A stretch of DNA of 63,973 nt. It comes from Pocillopora damicornis. Its lineage: Eukaryota. This document shows positions 63,143-63,973 of this stretch, in pieces (the stretch's first letter is position 1; every line of letters starts with the position of its first letter). The DNA lies in contig NW_020844262.1 in NCBI RefSeq assembly GCF_003704095.1, forward strand, positions 186,028 to 250,000, given 5' to 3'. The notes under the pieces are model-generated. The model ran no database searches. It worked only from the letters and a program-made list of their open reading frames with translations, and was not told the origin of the DNA. The position numbers and the translations under genes are program-made.

Positions 63143-63973
63143 GTGGATTCTTTTAACTGCATGAAGCTATTTTAAAGATTTAACAGCCACATATTCCTTG
63201 GAAGTACACAAAGTTTGTCCCAATTTTGTTTTAACTTCCTTAGCCTTTGCAAATACTGTACTTGATGGATTCTGAGGTTGATGCTTATTCTAGGGTTGTT
63301 ATGTACTGTAAGCTTTATTGACTTGATGTTTAAGAATTAAATGCTAAGTGGAGTTGACTAATGCTGGATGTTTTTATAACTGCACATTCTTCCAATTGCT
63401 GTTTTTTTCAAAAACTGTCACAATATCAAGCACCCTATAATAAGTTCAGCCTTCTGTTGACTAATGAACAGTTTTCACTCACTCACAGGTTATTTTCTGT
63501 GCAATCTAACCATAGATAATTTGAATTAACTGACAGATTACTGAGAATATTTGGAATCAACTGTGTATTATTCAAATGTCATATTTTGTTTTTACTCTTT
63601 GCATAAAATGTGCCAGTTCGGTCAAGCTTCGCTGGGAAAGGGTTCATTCAGCCACAGTGAAATGAATCTTCAAACTGTTTTCCTGCTTGGATGTTCCATT
63701 TTCTCTTAACTCTTCTGTATTGTGATTAAATGAGGTTAAAATATGCATGCACACTACTTTAATAGAAGTATTCATACATTTTTTTTTTACTTTTTGCATT
63801 CATTTGTCGTCAAACTTCTGATTACCCAAACTTTTTTCAATGTCTGTGGAAGGTTTGAGTTATTGAGAATTGACTGAACTTTTTTGAACTCATATGTGGG
63901 ATATGTTCACTTGACTCACAGGGCCAATAACTTACAAACAAGAAACAAAAGAAGAAAAAGAAGTTGAGATTAC

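Noticed and set aside
1-63973. Prokaryotic systems, tRNA/rRNA genes, autonomous transposase or RT ORFs
   Set aside because: None seen; the window is spliced eukaryotic DNA and the only long uninterrupted ORF is the GPCR.

Overview
AT-rich, intron-rich eukaryotic genomic DNA. Gene content and repeat landscape suggest a stony coral or other cnidarian (inference, no search run). I built nine protein-coding gene models by hand from GT-AG boundaries with consistent phase: a secreted PAN-like/EGF/fibrinogen-domain protein (-), PSME3IP1/FAM192A (-) head-to-head with LRRC69 (+), an intronless rhodopsin-class GPCR (-), a SPATA48-like ciliary/sperm protein (-), a short NDUFB9 (-), an unrecognised Lys-rich/EF-hand/ubiquitin-like protein (-), a complete 52-exon FANCA of about 1451 aa (-), and the 5' end of a chromodomain gene (+) head-to-head with FANCA. 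The non-coding space holds several MITE families, LINE 3' ends, and a dispersed ~150-bp element carrying a minimal hammerhead-ribozyme motif (Penelope/retrozyme type). One nearly intact copy of that element lies in sense orientation in a FANCA intron. CpG decay differs between its copies and appears to record mosaic gene-body methylation. Homology calls rest on remembered protein motifs and need database confirmation. Most ORFs in the supplied track are exon read-throughs or noise.
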